A DNA stretch of 55,917 bases, the filler included, from Basidioascus undulatus (Eukaryota), in NCBI GenBank assembly GCA_000826855.1. It is 5 parts of 5 records of this genome, joined end to end, with 100 filler letters (N's around TTAATTAATTAA, not from the genome) between each part and the next. Parts side by side here need not be neighbours in the genome. Positions count along the whole stretch, not along the records: positions 22,478 to 33,499 come from JTLS01001044.1; positions 33,600 to 44,710 come from JTLS01001045.1; 3 more parts are not named here. One strand, written 5' to 3'. A program made the position numbers and the translations under genes. How positions within the stretch are numbered: the first letter of the stretch is position 1; each line of letters begins with the position of its first letter. The notes under the pieces were generated by a model. It was not told the DNA's origin. It was given only the letters and a program-made list of their open reading frames with translations, and did not search any database. Of the stretch, positions 25,800 to 37,919 are shown one piece after another.

Positions 25800-28702
25800 A
25801 TGGCACCTCGACCACCCGCAGACTACCTGCCACTTTCAGCCATTCCATCACATCCTTCCTCGTCCCAGAAACCCGCATCTACCCCTCGGAGCGGCCTCCT
25901 CTCCGGTCGGACCCCGAAAGTCCTGCTCGTCGTCGGCGCCGCCCTCACCATCTACCTCTCTCTGGCCTCCTTCTTCGAGGCGCCAACACATCTCGTCAGC
26001 TCGCTCCGCCCCGAACCGATATGGTCCAAACCCTCAACCGTCGTAGTGGAGGAGCATCCCATCGTTGGGCTTATGGCGCGCGCGCGCGAGCGATGGGCCG
26101 AGAAGGTCGGGAGGCAGAGCAGGACCCTGGAGGAGGCCGTGAAGGTGTATCAGGAGAGATATAAGAGGGAACCGCCGAAGGTACGTCGCTGCCTGTTTTT
26201 TCAATCGTCGGCCAGGTGCTTTGAGGGAAAGAGGCTGAGTGTTGAGGCGCTGGCGGTAGGGCTTCGAGCAATGGCACGCCGCTACAGTCGCAGCGAACTT
26301 CGTGCTTATCGACGAGTTCGACGCGATCAGCGAGGACCTCGAGCCGTTCTGGCAGCTCTCGCCCAAGGAGATCCGCGCTCGAGTCGCTGAGGTCGTCAAG
26401 CTCCCGAGCATTACCCTCCTTACCGTTAGGAGCGGCAAGCTCAACTTCGACGTGGCGGAGGGGGACCAGGAGAAGGGCTGGAGGGCGCGTGGGTAGGTCG
26501 TTCATGTCCATACGATGAATGAGGGAGAGGAAAGCCGTTGTCAGGTAAATGAATGATACTGACATTCGGAATTCAACAGGCTCTCTTGGATGTTGGAGAA
26601 ATACGCGAACGCCCTTCCCGACTTGGACTGTTCGTCTTCCGATCTCCTGCTCTGCTGCCTTCTATGCTATGTTTACGGCTTCATCCCCGCACGCAGTTCC
26701 CGTAAACGAGCTTGCCGAATGTCGCGTACTGGTGCCGTGGGATAAAGCTCACCGAGCTAATCAAGGTGCGCTCTCCAGCACGCATCGCGCAGCTGTATCA
26801 CGCTCATTCAAGACTCGGTTGCTTGCAGACGTTCATGACTCCATCATCTACCCTTTCTACCCTGGATGGCGCGACGATGGCTCCGTCTGGCAGTCCTTCA
26901 TTCACACGTGCTCCCCCGAAAGCCACGCGCGCATCTTCTCCGAAGAGGCGGAGCCTGAGTGCGTCTTCCTTTCTTCATCTGCCTTCCGCCTTTTCTTCAT
27001 CGCACCGTTCGACTCGGGCGCTCATTCCACCATAAACGCTGCTGAAAATAGGGAACTCGATCCTCTCGCGGACGAGATTGGAATCGACGACGACCGCCGG
27101 CGATCGGTGCACCACCACAAGCACAAGCAGCACCACAACACGAACCTCACCTTCCCCGTCACCATCGACAACGAATTCGACTTTTGCGAAAATCCCGATG
27201 CGCATTTCGCGCTTGGTCATATGTTCAGCGAGTGCGTGGAATCAGGCTGAATGCTGATGGTCCGGCGGTCGCTGAAGTGGATGGAAATTACAGCTGGCGC
27301 TCGATTCGCTCGCTGTACCCCATCATGAGTCCCGGCCAGGCGTCGGGCTTCCACGACATTCGCATTCCTAGTCACTACTACTTCAATCCGAGTTCGCGAT
27401 ACAGTGCGTTAAGTTTCAACTCTACCATTCCGTGGCTGTTTGACTTAGGTTGGCATCCTGGACAGCGTATGGATACGTGAGCGACACGGACGAGCCGCTC
27501 GAGACCGATCCGATGGAAGGCGAGTGGGACGAGAAGATCAACAAGCTTTACTGGCGGGGCTCTACGACCGGTGGCGGATCGTCACCGTACATCTCGCAGT
27601 ATCACCGTCACCGGTTCGTCCCCCCAGCCTTTGCCGCAGCGTCCCCGTCGCTGACTCTTTAGGTGTTCGCCCCTAGCTTCGTCCGCATGGCCGATTCGCC
27701 CTCCACCAACTTGGTTGACCTTTACACGCCTTCTCCAACCGGTGACGGAGACGCCGACACGCCGCCCGAGTACCACGCTGAGAGCGTCGTACAGGCGAAC
27801 CTGAACGCCGCGACTCTGGACGTCAGCTTCACTAGCGCCGTTGGGTGCGAGGCTTACGAGCCGGATGGATGCGATGGAATGCGGAGAGACTACCCGTCCG
27901 TCGGAGTTTCTCCCGTTCGCTGGACCGAGCTTCTCTTGCTGATGTGAGCGTTATCAGCTTCGAGGAGGCGGCGCCGTTCGGGAAAGCCTGTGAGTAGCAC
28001 GGATCGCACACAATGTCTTGGGAATACACAGCTGAAGTAGGTGTCCTTCAGGGTCATACAAGTTCCTGATGGACCTGGACGGTCAAGGCTACTCTGCCCG
28101 TTTCTTCGGACTGCAGTCGTCTAAGTCGGCAGTCATCAAGTCTACCGGTACGTCGGTGCAGCAGCTCAATTTCTTCACCACGCACTCTCTCGCTCTTTAC
28201 TTACATTAGCGGTAAACCAGTCTACTCGGAGTTCTTCAGCGACGTCAGTTCCTTCTTTTTTTTCACTTCTAACCTCTTACCAACCCACTTTCTGTTGACC
28301 GAACAGTGGATCGAGCCTTGGCTTCATTACATCCCGACCTCCTTCGACTACGCCTCCCTCTACCCGACGCTCGCATTCTTCGGCGCTGTACCGCCCAAAG
28401 ATGAATTGGAAGCTACCACGCCGGACGAACTCCTACTCTCCCAACCCACAGGCACTTTCGACGTGTACGGCGACGCCCGGGCAAAGGAAATCGCCCTCGC
28501 AGGAAGAGAGTGGAGGGCGAACCATGTCCGGAAAGCGGACATGGAACGTGCGTCAGAGCGGAGGGCTGCGCTTCGACCGTTGCTGCATTACTGACGACGA
28601 GGGAGGCATCTTCTCGCAGTTTACGTCTATCGACTGGCGCTCGAATGGGCCCGGTTGACGTCCGATGTGCGCGACTCAGGCGCGATGAGTTATACGGGAT
28701 GA
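25800..28702 (+). CDS. CAP10-family / GT90 glycosyltransferase (Cxt1-like xylosyltransferase), type II membrane protein
   Basis: N-terminal TM, HPIVGLMARARERW, QSRTLEEAVKVYQERYKREPPKGFEQW, IDEFDAISEDLEPFW, FHDIRIPSHYY, WDEKINKLYWRGSTTGG, YKFLMDLDGQGYSARF, WIEPWLHYIP and YVYRLALEWARL. Confidence 0.92.
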
Positions 28703-29043
28703 CCGTCGTCGCTGTCTGGACGCTATTTTTTTCACCCTGGAACTTGGAACTTGTTTCTGTTTCTTTATTCGCGTCGCATTGCAACTAGAGCCCAGTAGGA
28801 ACCATAAAGTTTGTGCACAATGCTCGGTCTGTATCCGCCTCTCATTTCTTTGTGACTGCAATTGACTTGAGGACGATCTGACTTCGCTATGCGGTCACCG
28901 ACGGCGCTGCCCCAAACTCAAGCGCCGTCGCATTCCTTTTACTTTCGGCGAAGCACCGTCGTGTCCGCCGCTGCATGCCCAAGTGTCTTTACCATCTTTC
29001 CGTCTATCCCCACACTTGCAGAGCCACTCCAATTACTCCCGAA

Positions 29044-29337
29044 ATGGCTGACAGCCCGCCCTCCGCGACACATCCACCCGATCCCACCGACGAGCCGGCA
29101 ACTCCGCAGGGTCCACCGCAGATATTCTCGACAGCCGTTGACCAGTTCGTTCACCCGGTCGACGCAACTCAATCGCCACGCGTGTCCCCAAGGCCAGACG
29201 ACTTCGGTCTACCGTCGCGTTTGTGCCACCCAACCAGACCTGTGATCCGGGAGGCAGCGGGGACCAAGGTTCGGGAAGGCGACGTGGAGCTGAAGTATGA
29301 GCGAGTTCTCGCAGACGATTTGGGATGGCTTCCGTAG
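29044..29337 (+). CDS. Small hypothetical protein (97 aa)
   Basis: Single ORF MADSPPSATHPPDP...KVREGDVELKYERVLADDLGWLP* after a CT-rich leader. No family recognised. Confidence 0.35.
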   Translation: MADSPPSATHPPDPTDEPATPQGPPQIFSTAVDQFVHPVDATQSPRVSPRPDDFGLPSRLCHPTRPVIREAAGTKVREGDVELKYERVLADDLGWLP

Positions 29338-29493
29338 TAAGTAAGCCGCTAGTACTCATTCGGTCCCCACGCTGAATTGGACTTCCTTAGGCGTTGTTGG
29401 ATTGATGGAGGGTGGTGCACGTAACACGAGAAGCACATGCGGAAGAAAATGCGAGATGCGGAGGAAAAGAATCCGTCCAATGCCGTTCCAAGC

Positions 29494-32400
29494 TCAAGCC
29501 TGTTCCACCTGCACCTAGATGTCAGCTTACTCCAGGTAGCGCGGGTGCGGCGGGGAGATATACTATACACACATAGCTCGAAGGGAAAATGCCCTGATGT
29601 CCATGGAGAATTCCCTCGCTCCAACCCTCCGCGTAACCGTCCCCGAGCGCAGTAAGCTCGACGACGACACCTTCGGTGAGCGAGAGCTCATCTGCGCCTT
29701 GTGCGGCGTAATCGTACAGCGCCCGGACTGCGCATAACCGGACTTCAGCTGGGTGTGGAAACAAAGTGCAGAGCAAGCCGACGCACCGTAGCGTCCTGAA
29801 CCCTGCACGGACCCCGCTGCCTCCTGCTGTCCAGCGGCGGCCAGAGCAGCGAGTTCAACGTACGATGCGGGTACGAGACCACGCGCGTCGCCCTTCGCTA
29901 TCTTCACCCATCTGCAGCACAGCAAATAATCTTCAGCGGAAGCCGAGCAACAACCTGGGCAACATGGCGCACCCAGACCCGTCGTCGTCCTCCTCGAGGA
30001 AGACTTGATCACCCTCTGTGAATGGGCGAACGTCAGCCCCTGCCGTTGCTCGATCAACAGCGACCTTGGACTGTGGTAGTCTACCTTGCACGCTGAGCTC
30101 GAACGGACTCGTCGCCTCGAAGCTGTACAGCACCTTCGCAGGCGGGCGCTCGGCGAGCGTGGGCGACTGCGTGGAGTGCGTCGACGCCGCGTATGTCGGC
30201 GAGGTCGGGATGCGATCGAGCGAGTTGGTGTGCGTGTGCGATGCACGGCTCTTGGTCGAGTTGGTACGAGCGAGCTGAGATGAGCGGCGACGCAGATCGC
30301 CTGCGACAGCGGCGCAGTCTGCGGGTACCTGCGGGCGTAGGACGAGTAATCAAGACGACAGGATGAGGAAGCGCCGGAACGATGTGCACCTTCATCTCGC
30401 ATTTGGCGTGTACCGTAATGCCGCACCGGCGACAAGTCTTGCCCTGCCTGCTCAGGCCCCAGATGGACGACTGGCAGTGGCTGCAGGTCGTCGGGATCGT
30501 GAAGGACGTCGATTTGAAGTCGTGTGGCTGTTGAGTGCCCTCGTCGTCTATACCATGGCGGGCGTCGAAGTCAGTTCAGGTGCGGAGCAAGTGACACGGT
30601 GCCCGGACGCACCACCCAGTGTGGCCGAGATAATCTCGATCTCCGTTTCCAGCGCCATCTGGTTGTTCGCAAGCGCGGTCACTTGACGCAGCGACTCGAG
30701 CAGGTTCTGCCACTCCACCGGATCAGCCGCGCCGCCGGACCTGCAAGTAAGATGGAAAGTGGGCGAACCTCAGCAACCTCGTCCGAGTTGCCGAGCGCCG
30801 CATTCTTCGAATACGCCTGCACGAGGTTCTGAAGACCCGAGATCTCGCGTTCTGCGCATTGACATCAGCCGGGCTGAAGATTCCGCGAAATCAGTTGAGA
30901 GAACGCACGCTTCGATTCGACGATTGGCCGGATCTCTACCAGCTTCGCCCGAGCCTTCGAAAGCCGGTTCTGCAGCAAGACCTTCGGGTCGGGTTCGAGG
31001 CTCAACTCCGGCTGCTCGGGCGCAAACGTTAAGCACGAACCCTTCTCTACGCGGACCATATCCGAACCCACAGTGTCATAGTAAGCCTGGCACGGCTTGA
31101 ACTCCTCGTCGGCTGGCTCCTGCCATGCGCGGATGTTGTGCTCGATGAACAGGGCTTGGTCGGCTGTCAGGTCGACATGCGCGAGCGCGGACTGCGAGGC
31201 CTCAATGTGGGATTGGGACTTTCGCGCGGTCGTCAAGGAGAGAGAGTGCGATTGCGAGAAGAGAGTGAGGAGACGCTGCAGAGTCGTTTGCCAGAGGTCC
31301 CCTGCCGAACGAGCGATGCAGTGAGTTGCGTCTACTAATCATCATGTTGTTTTGACATACGGAGTGCCTGGTGAGCACTTGAGGATCAGCTATTGTGAGG
31401 TAAGCAAGAGGAGCGGGTTGGAAGCGCACATCTTCGATCATAGGCAAGTCCTGCTGGTAGAATCGCCGTTTCGCGCGATTGGCGATCGCCAGCGAGATGA
31501 GGTACATGCTGTCCAACGTCTCCAAATTGAACTCTGGACAACAAGTTAGGACATGTGAGTGGGAACGGACTTCTTGCTGTTGTACATCTCCGCCGTTTGC
31601 TGCGCGTACGCCTTCGCCGCGCGCTCAGCGTGACGATCGTTGCTGGCGCTAGCCTGTTTCTGGCGGTAGGACTCGACCTCGCCGCACTCCTCGTCGTACT
31701 TCTGCTTGGCCTGTAGTGGGACTGTATATCAGCATGGAAAGTGTGTTGTCGCAGCCGGAAGGACGAGCAGTACCTTGTTTCGGTCAGAGTAGATCTTATC
31801 CCGGTCGGCTAGGAGCTTGGCAGCGAATTGGTTGTGCTTCGCATGCCGCAGTTAGCATCACCAAAGTAACAGCTTTATTTCAAACGCACACCTTCTTCCA
31901 AACATCCTCCTTCTTCTTCTCGGCCGTTTTGAGCTGCATGCGGCACCGCACGTGAGCACTTTGTCGCCAACACCTCCCATCAGCTTGTAAATTACCGTAC
32001 CTCATCGGCCACCTCCGTTGCCAAGCTATCAGAGAGTTTTGACCGCTCCTGAGCTTCTGCTTCGATCGAGTCCAGATAGGACGAAAAGAAGTTGTCGAGC
32101 GTGCTGGATGGAGGGACGTCAGCTGTGATGTTACAGGACGTCGCCCCGAGCCGAGATGAGTGATTCGGTCAATCGAAGGTCCATAAGCAAGGATCATGCG
32201 CTGCATCCATCGATCAAGTTCGACCGAAGATCCATCGGCCTGCCAGCTCGGCCTTCGAGAGCCTCAATTCCTCTCGCAACAATGACGCACCGCATAGACA
32301 GACCGACACCTAGCTCATTCGCCTCGAAAAGAACAACACAAATTACTTACTGTCCGTCCCCGCCCCAAGCCTTGCTCGGCTCCCCCCCCACAGCAAATGC

Positions 32401-32663
32401 TTCCCTCCGCTTTGACCTCCTCTCTCCCGCCTTGCGCACGATCGCGCTCAGCTTGTTCGCATACTCCTTCTCGAGCGCGGCGCGCTCAGAGAAGAGGGAC
32501 CGCACATCGCCGAGGAAGGCGATCTGTTGCGCGGTCGTGTCTGAGATCCGGTTGTATTGGTCCTGTGGTACGAAGCCGAATGAGCCGGCTATTCCATCTT
32601 CGGAGTTGGACAGGTCTGACGGACGGGCAGATCCTTGCCAAACGAGGGTGTTTCCGATGCCAT
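29494..32663 (-). CDS. BZZ1: Bzz1-like F-BAR + C1 + 2xSH3 protein
   Basis: MASETPSFGKDLPDQY...ERAALEKEYANKL (FCH/F-BAR). C1 domain HDFKSTSFTIPTTCSHCQSSIWGLSRQGKTCRRCGITVHAKCEMK. SH3 LYSFEATSPFELSV...GLVPASYV. SH3 VRALYDYAAQGADELSL...GIFPSSYV. Confidence 0.92.
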
Positions 32664-33499
32664 TGATGAACTCGCCTGAGAAGACAAGAAAGAAAGTGGC
32701 TATGTTGAGGAGGTGATGGTCGGGCACAGGAGCGCGGTATCTGGGCAGCGCTCAAGGTTCGTCTCGTAATCGAGGACACGTCATATGGGAAGAAGCGACA
32801 GTTCAAGATGTCGGAGAGGCTCATCTGGGTGAAGACCCAAACATGTAGTAAGAGATCATTTATCCCACTTATTCCTGCCATACACCAACCAATGGGCTAC
32901 AGGAAACTCTTGCAGTCGTGCAACAAACAGCACGAGACGCATGATTGCGATGTGAACGCCGACCTTGCGCTGAAATCAATAGCTGTTCTTTCCTCGTCCT
33001 TTCCTCTAAATCATCACAATTTTTCGGACATTTGACGGAGTTTTAGACTTTTGGGTATATGCGTGCGTGGTGATGAGGCTTCTCTGTCGAGAAGGGCCTG
33101 TGCAGGTCACATTGCGTGAAGTTTCTCCCACATTGCTCTGCGTGAGGTTCACAGAAGGCGTCTTCGTAGTTTACATGCTTCGATTGTTTGTCTTACTGGT
33201 GCTGAAGCATTCCTGAGACAGACCAACCGTGCAGTAACACAACGATGTGCATTGCTCGGTCGAGGTACATTCTCTTTCAGAGGTGGGCCATTTCAAGGTA
33301 AAGGACCGCAAGCAATGCCTTTCTACGACCGTTTCGAAGTCAGAATTCTTTAGAAATTATCATATCCAGCATCGCAGAGGCCGGCGTACACTTAACAGGC
33401 CATTGGAAGTGGGACGCTTACTGACGCTCGTTGCGGTTGAGCTCTAGGCGCTTGCGGTCATTGTCGCTGTTGGGACGGCGGAAGATGACCCTGTCGCCC

Positions 33500-33599
33500 N
33501 NNNNNNNNNNNNNNNNNNNNNNNNNNNNNNNNNNNNNNNNNNNTTAATTAATTAANNNNNNNNNNNNNNNNNNNNNNNNNNNNNNNNNNNNNNNNNNNN
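33500..33599. other. Artificial contig linker
   Basis: N44-TTAATTAATTAA-N44. Confidence 0.98.
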
Positions 33600-34181
33600 C
33601 GGCGGTGAGGGGAGGGAGGGGAATGGAGAGAGTTGAATGCGGGCGCTGGACTAGTTGTATAGTGGTGCGTGTTGGCATAAAATGAGCGCCCGTTGGCGCA
33701 TGTACAAGTCGATCGTCCCGCGCACTTGAAAAGGGCGGCGATTCAAGAATTGTATGGCAAGCCCGGCAGGCTCCCTCGAGCCCGCGGACACTCACCTACA
33801 GAACGCTTCGAGCACTTCAACGTATCATTTACCTTGCTCAGGCTGGCTCCTTCTCATCGTTCCACTCCCTCTTCGTCCTGCGCGCCAAACCGCTGCAATG
33901 TCGCGGGCGCTTTTTCGTCGCTGATAGCGTACCCTCAGTCTGAAACGTAACAGAGCTTCGACTCGACCCTTTAGGCAGCCCCGATAGGCACATGCTCCTT
34001 TCATTTGGGATTCGCATCCGATCTGACCGCAGTTCTTTTCAAAGTCGCACCTGCGCCGCAGCCGCTGGCCACTTTCCTTCCATCACCACCCACGTCGCCA
34101 CTGACCCACGCTTCTCCGTTCTGACTGTCTCACTGATCCATGTCTTCTCGCTTGTACGCTCCATCTTCCTTTCGGCTTCCC

Positions 34182-35408
34182 ATGGCTTTCCTCGTCAAGC
34201 ACATCGACGCTAAATCGACCTGCACAACAGCGACCCACAACCTCGCAGGACGAGCTCCCCGCTCGCGCAGTCGCACCCTTACGCCAACCTGCCTGGCACT
34301 CGCTTCACCGCTCTGCATCGCCGCCCTCACCTGTCCTCCCCTTTCTCGTCGAACGCCCCTGTCGAGCGCAAGTTCGGCTTCTCGCTCTACGCGCTGGAAG
34401 ACGAAAACGGCAGCGACGACACCCTCATCTGGAGCAGTCGCGCATCCACACCCGAACGCAGCTCGCCCGCCCGCGCCCGACCAGAAGTCCGCGTCGTCAA
34501 GCCTCGCAGCAGCGCGGCGGGGCAGGGGAAGAAACCGCCGCCTACGACGTCTAGGCAGGCGGTGGACCGTCGCCCTACGCTCGCGCTCGCTGCACCTTCT
34601 GCGTCACGGCGCACTAGTAGCACACCATCGCCGTCGCCGTCGCCTTCCGGCGTGTCGTCGGGACATGACCTCACGCACGCTGCGCTACCCCCGATCGGCC
34701 CGGAGCTCCCGCGCACTGGGACGACGCCGTCCCGGTCGGACGGGGCGCGCCGCAGCGAGGATTTGCTTCGCGGACCAGGCGACCTCTACAACCCGCTTTG
34801 GGTGCGCGGGGAGGGAATGGACACTGAGGGGTTGTGCTCGTTCTGTCCAGAAGGAGGGTGGAGGCGCTTGGAGGACGGGTCGTACGAGTGCGTCCTTGCC
34901 CATGTCTGACTTTCAATGTCCGACTTGCTCACACTACGTTCCGGCCTGCAGGGAGCACCACGCCCTCGTCCACGGCCTGTCGCCGCTAACTCTGCGCCGC
35001 TTCAGCGGACCCATCCCGCCGCGCCGGCTCAGCACCGTAGGGACCTCCCGAGGAACCTGCGGGCGTTGCGGAGACCGCGTCGTGTACGAGGTGGGCGGTA
35101 CGCCGACGGCGTGGAACGTGCATGCGTGGAGGTGCGAGCGTGAGCAAGGGGGAGGTGTCCGGCTCACATGGATTATAAAGGGGGTCAGCTCGACTGCGGA
35201 CGACGTCGAGGAGACGGGGGAGACGGTTGTGAGGGGAAGAGGAAACGGGCCGCGAGTAGGAAGGCGAGGGAGGAGGACGAGAAGTATCGCGAGGCGGGAG
35301 GAGGAGGTGAAGGTGGCCAATAGGAATGTTTTGCGCTTGAATGGGAAGCCTCGCTCCGGGTCTTCATGCGGAGCGTTGCGGTCTACTTGCTGGAGCAACG
35401 GCGACTGA
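34182..35408 (+). CDS. Rua1_C / DUF4451-like putative zinc-binding protein (apparent frameshift near 34212)
   Basis: DLYNPLWVRGEGMDTEGLCSFCPEGGWRRLEDGSY-(intron)-EHHALVHGLS...GTCGRCG...WNVHAWRC resembles the DLYxPRWVRG..EGxCxxC..HxxxxHG..CxxC..HAxxC pattern. S/P-rich N-terminus. Confidence 0.7.
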   Translation: MAFLVKHIDAKSTCTTATHNLAGRAPRSRSRTLTPTCLALASPLCIAALTCPPLSRRTPLSSASSASRSTRWKTKTAATTPSSGAVAHPHPNAARPPAPDQKSASSSLAAARRGRGRNRRLRRLGRRWTVALRSRSLHLLRHGALVAHHRRRRRLPACRRDMTSRTLRYPRSARSSRALGRRRPGRTGRAAARICFADQATSTTRFGCAGREWTLRGCARSVQKEGGGAWRTGRTSASLPMSDFQCPTCSHYVPACREHHALVHGLSPLTLRRFSGPIPPRRLSTVGTSRGTCGRCGDRVVYEVGGTPTAWNVHAWRCEREQGGGVRLTWIIKGVSSTADDVEETGETVVRGRGNGPRVGRRGRRTRSIARREEEVKVANRNVLRLNGKPRSGSSCGALRSTCWSNGD

Positions 35409-36070
35409 TTGTCGCTTTTGCTGAATGTGAGGCTTGGTTCTGAGCACCAGTGGCCCCGTACCAGCCACCGGCATGCTCTCTTGTAGGTCAGAAGGGCGCC
35501 GTATCTCAGTTATTCAAAAGCGATGGAAAGTTGGAAGGCTTCAAGGAATGAGTCCGCCAACGGCATAGTTTAATGGCAGCGGCTGCAGGCTCGGCCGACC
35601 ATCCGTAGTTCGGAATGCGAGTCCCATTGATTTCTTGGTTTTAATCTCATTAGATCTAATTATAAGTACTGTAACGTACAGATGAAATTTTGTTGGCGCA
35701 GCCGAACAATCCAGAGAGAGGCAGAATGATCGATGCCTGATCACTTTTGTATTTTCAAGTCGCTGTCTCGCTGGAGCGCACCGCAGGCGGCAGTGACCAC
35801 CTCATTTTCCACCATCTTCTCAGGGTCTTGGGTGGTGCCATGAAGTGGCCATATGGTCGATATAGACCCATGCGACTGACTAAGTGGCAGTTCGACACTT
35901 CCCCGCCGGTCTTCGCAGTTGCCGAACCTGCGGCACCCAGATAAACGGCAACTCCAACCGGCCCTCAGGCGTCGCTGATTCTTCTCAGCTCCCATCTCAA
36001 AAGCAACCAGCTCCTAGCCTCACTCTCTCTTAGACTTCTCACATCTCGATCGCTAAGCTGCCGGAGCATC

Positions 36071-37919
36071 ATGTTCACGAACCTTCAAATCACGCTCGCG
36101 AAGCGGCCCACCGGGCCTATCGTCCTCTCGGGCCCTGACCAGACATTCGTCCCGCGTCGTGCCTCTTCGATCCCTGAGCTCAAGGACGGCGAGCTTCTCA
36201 TCGAAGTCCTGTGGGTCTCGCTCGACCCTGCCATGCGGGGCTGGCTCCGCGAGGCACGCTCTTACATCGAGCCAGTCAAAATTGGCGAGGTGCGCCTGAC
36301 TGATTATCAAGCTCATCGCTTCCGTGCTCAACATACGTTCATTATTGTAGGTTATGCGTGCGGGTGGAATTGGACGGGTGGTCGAGAGCCGGACCTCTAA
36401 GTTCGCCAAGGGCGACCTCGTTGAAGGGACGGTTGGTACGTTCATCTCGCCGTCCTCGCTTCTCGAAACAAATGGACTGACGTCCCTACAGGTTGGCAGG
36501 AGTACGCTGTCATGCGGGAAAAGGGCACCCGAGTAGTCAGGTACGGAACTCCGGCTCTCGATCTGCATAAATGTGAACTGACGTGTCATTGCCGGGGTCG
36601 CTGTCAGGCCTCCGTAAGAACTTCGAGCCTAATCCGGTGCATACGATATCAAGCCGGGATAGGCTGACACAACCCATGCTGGATGGATTAGAATGGGAGC
36701 AGACCCGGTTGATTATCTGGGAGCCTTGGGGATGGTCGGTGAGTGCGCTGCTTTGACGCCCTCTAACTCCCGTCCGCACAAGTCTGATGTCGAGGTTCAG
36801 GCATGACGGCCTACTTCGTGAGCCTTTAAACAGGTAGCCAGAGACTATCTTTGATCTAACCCTCTTTTTTTCAGGGCCTGTTCGACGTCGCTAAGGCCCA
36901 GGCAGGCGAGCTCGTCGTCGTCTCTGGTGCAGCAGGAGCTACCGGATCGCTGGTGCGTTCATTCATATCGTCTAATAGAACTGCAGTCGTTGATCTTGTG
37001 ATTCCAAACGCAGGTCTGCCAAATGGCCAAGATCACTGGCTGCAAAGTGGTCGGCATCGCCGGATCGGACGACAAGTGCGAGTGGCTGTAAGCGAAAGAT
37101 TTACTGCTGTATATGCAGAGGGAGACCACGGCTCATCGGATCTGCCAACAGAGAGAAGGACCTCGGTATCGACAAGGCCGTCAACTACAAGAGCAAGGAC
37201 TTCGTCAAGCAGATCAAGGCTGTTGGGTACATCGACGCGTTCTTCGACAACGGTGCGTCGTTCTGCCGTTTCTCAATGACAGGTCATATCTCAGTTCCCT
37301 CCTCGCTTTGTAAACAGTCGGCGGAGAGATTCTTGATCTGATTCTCACGCGGCTCAAGCCTCATGCTCGGGTTGCGCTGTGCGGAGCAATCTCGGACTGT
37401 GAGTTTCGGTTCCCTCGCTATCGTTTGAACTACAGCTGAAACATGTGACCCACAGATAGTAAGCATGCGAGAGTTTAGTAGGAATATCAAACGCTGAAAG
37501 GTTGTCTGGACAGACACCTCCAAGCCTCGAGGCTTGCAGGCATACACGAGCCTCATCAGCATGAGGGCCCGCATCGAAGGGTTCATTGTTTTCGACTACG
37601 TCAAGCAATTCCACGAGGTGCGCTGTTTCTTCACCACCCATACGGCCTCCTGACCCTTCTTACTTTTATACAAGGCCGAGCGGCGCATTGCCGAGTGGAT
37701 CGCTCAAGGCAAGCTGAAGCGGCGCTTCCACGTCGTGAGGGGGCTGGGAAATTCGCCGCAAGGCCTGCTGGACCTCTTCGACGGACGAAACACGGTACGT
37801 GAAAAGCTTCATATGAGATGATCCGGACGCGGTCAGTGTTGTCTAACGAGTCGCTCCAGGGCAAGACGGTCGTGCAGGTCAAGGAAGACGTCCGAGGCGC
37901 CCCGAAGGGAAAGCTGTGA
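36071..37919 (+). CDS. NADPH-dependent alkenal/prostaglandin reductase (PTGR/LTB4DH-type MDR)
   Basis: LAKRPTG, LKDGELLIEVLWVSLDPAMRGWL, GEVMRAGGIGRVVES, GWQEYAV, LGALGMVGMTAYFGL, VVSGAAGATGSLVCQMAK, FFDNVGGEILD, CGAISDYN and GKTVVQV. Ends in GKL*. Confidence 0.93.

Noticed and set aside
34140..34950. N-terminal two-thirds of the 422-aa ORF
   Set aside because: The conserved domain lies in another frame. The ORF is better explained by a frameshift plus an intron.
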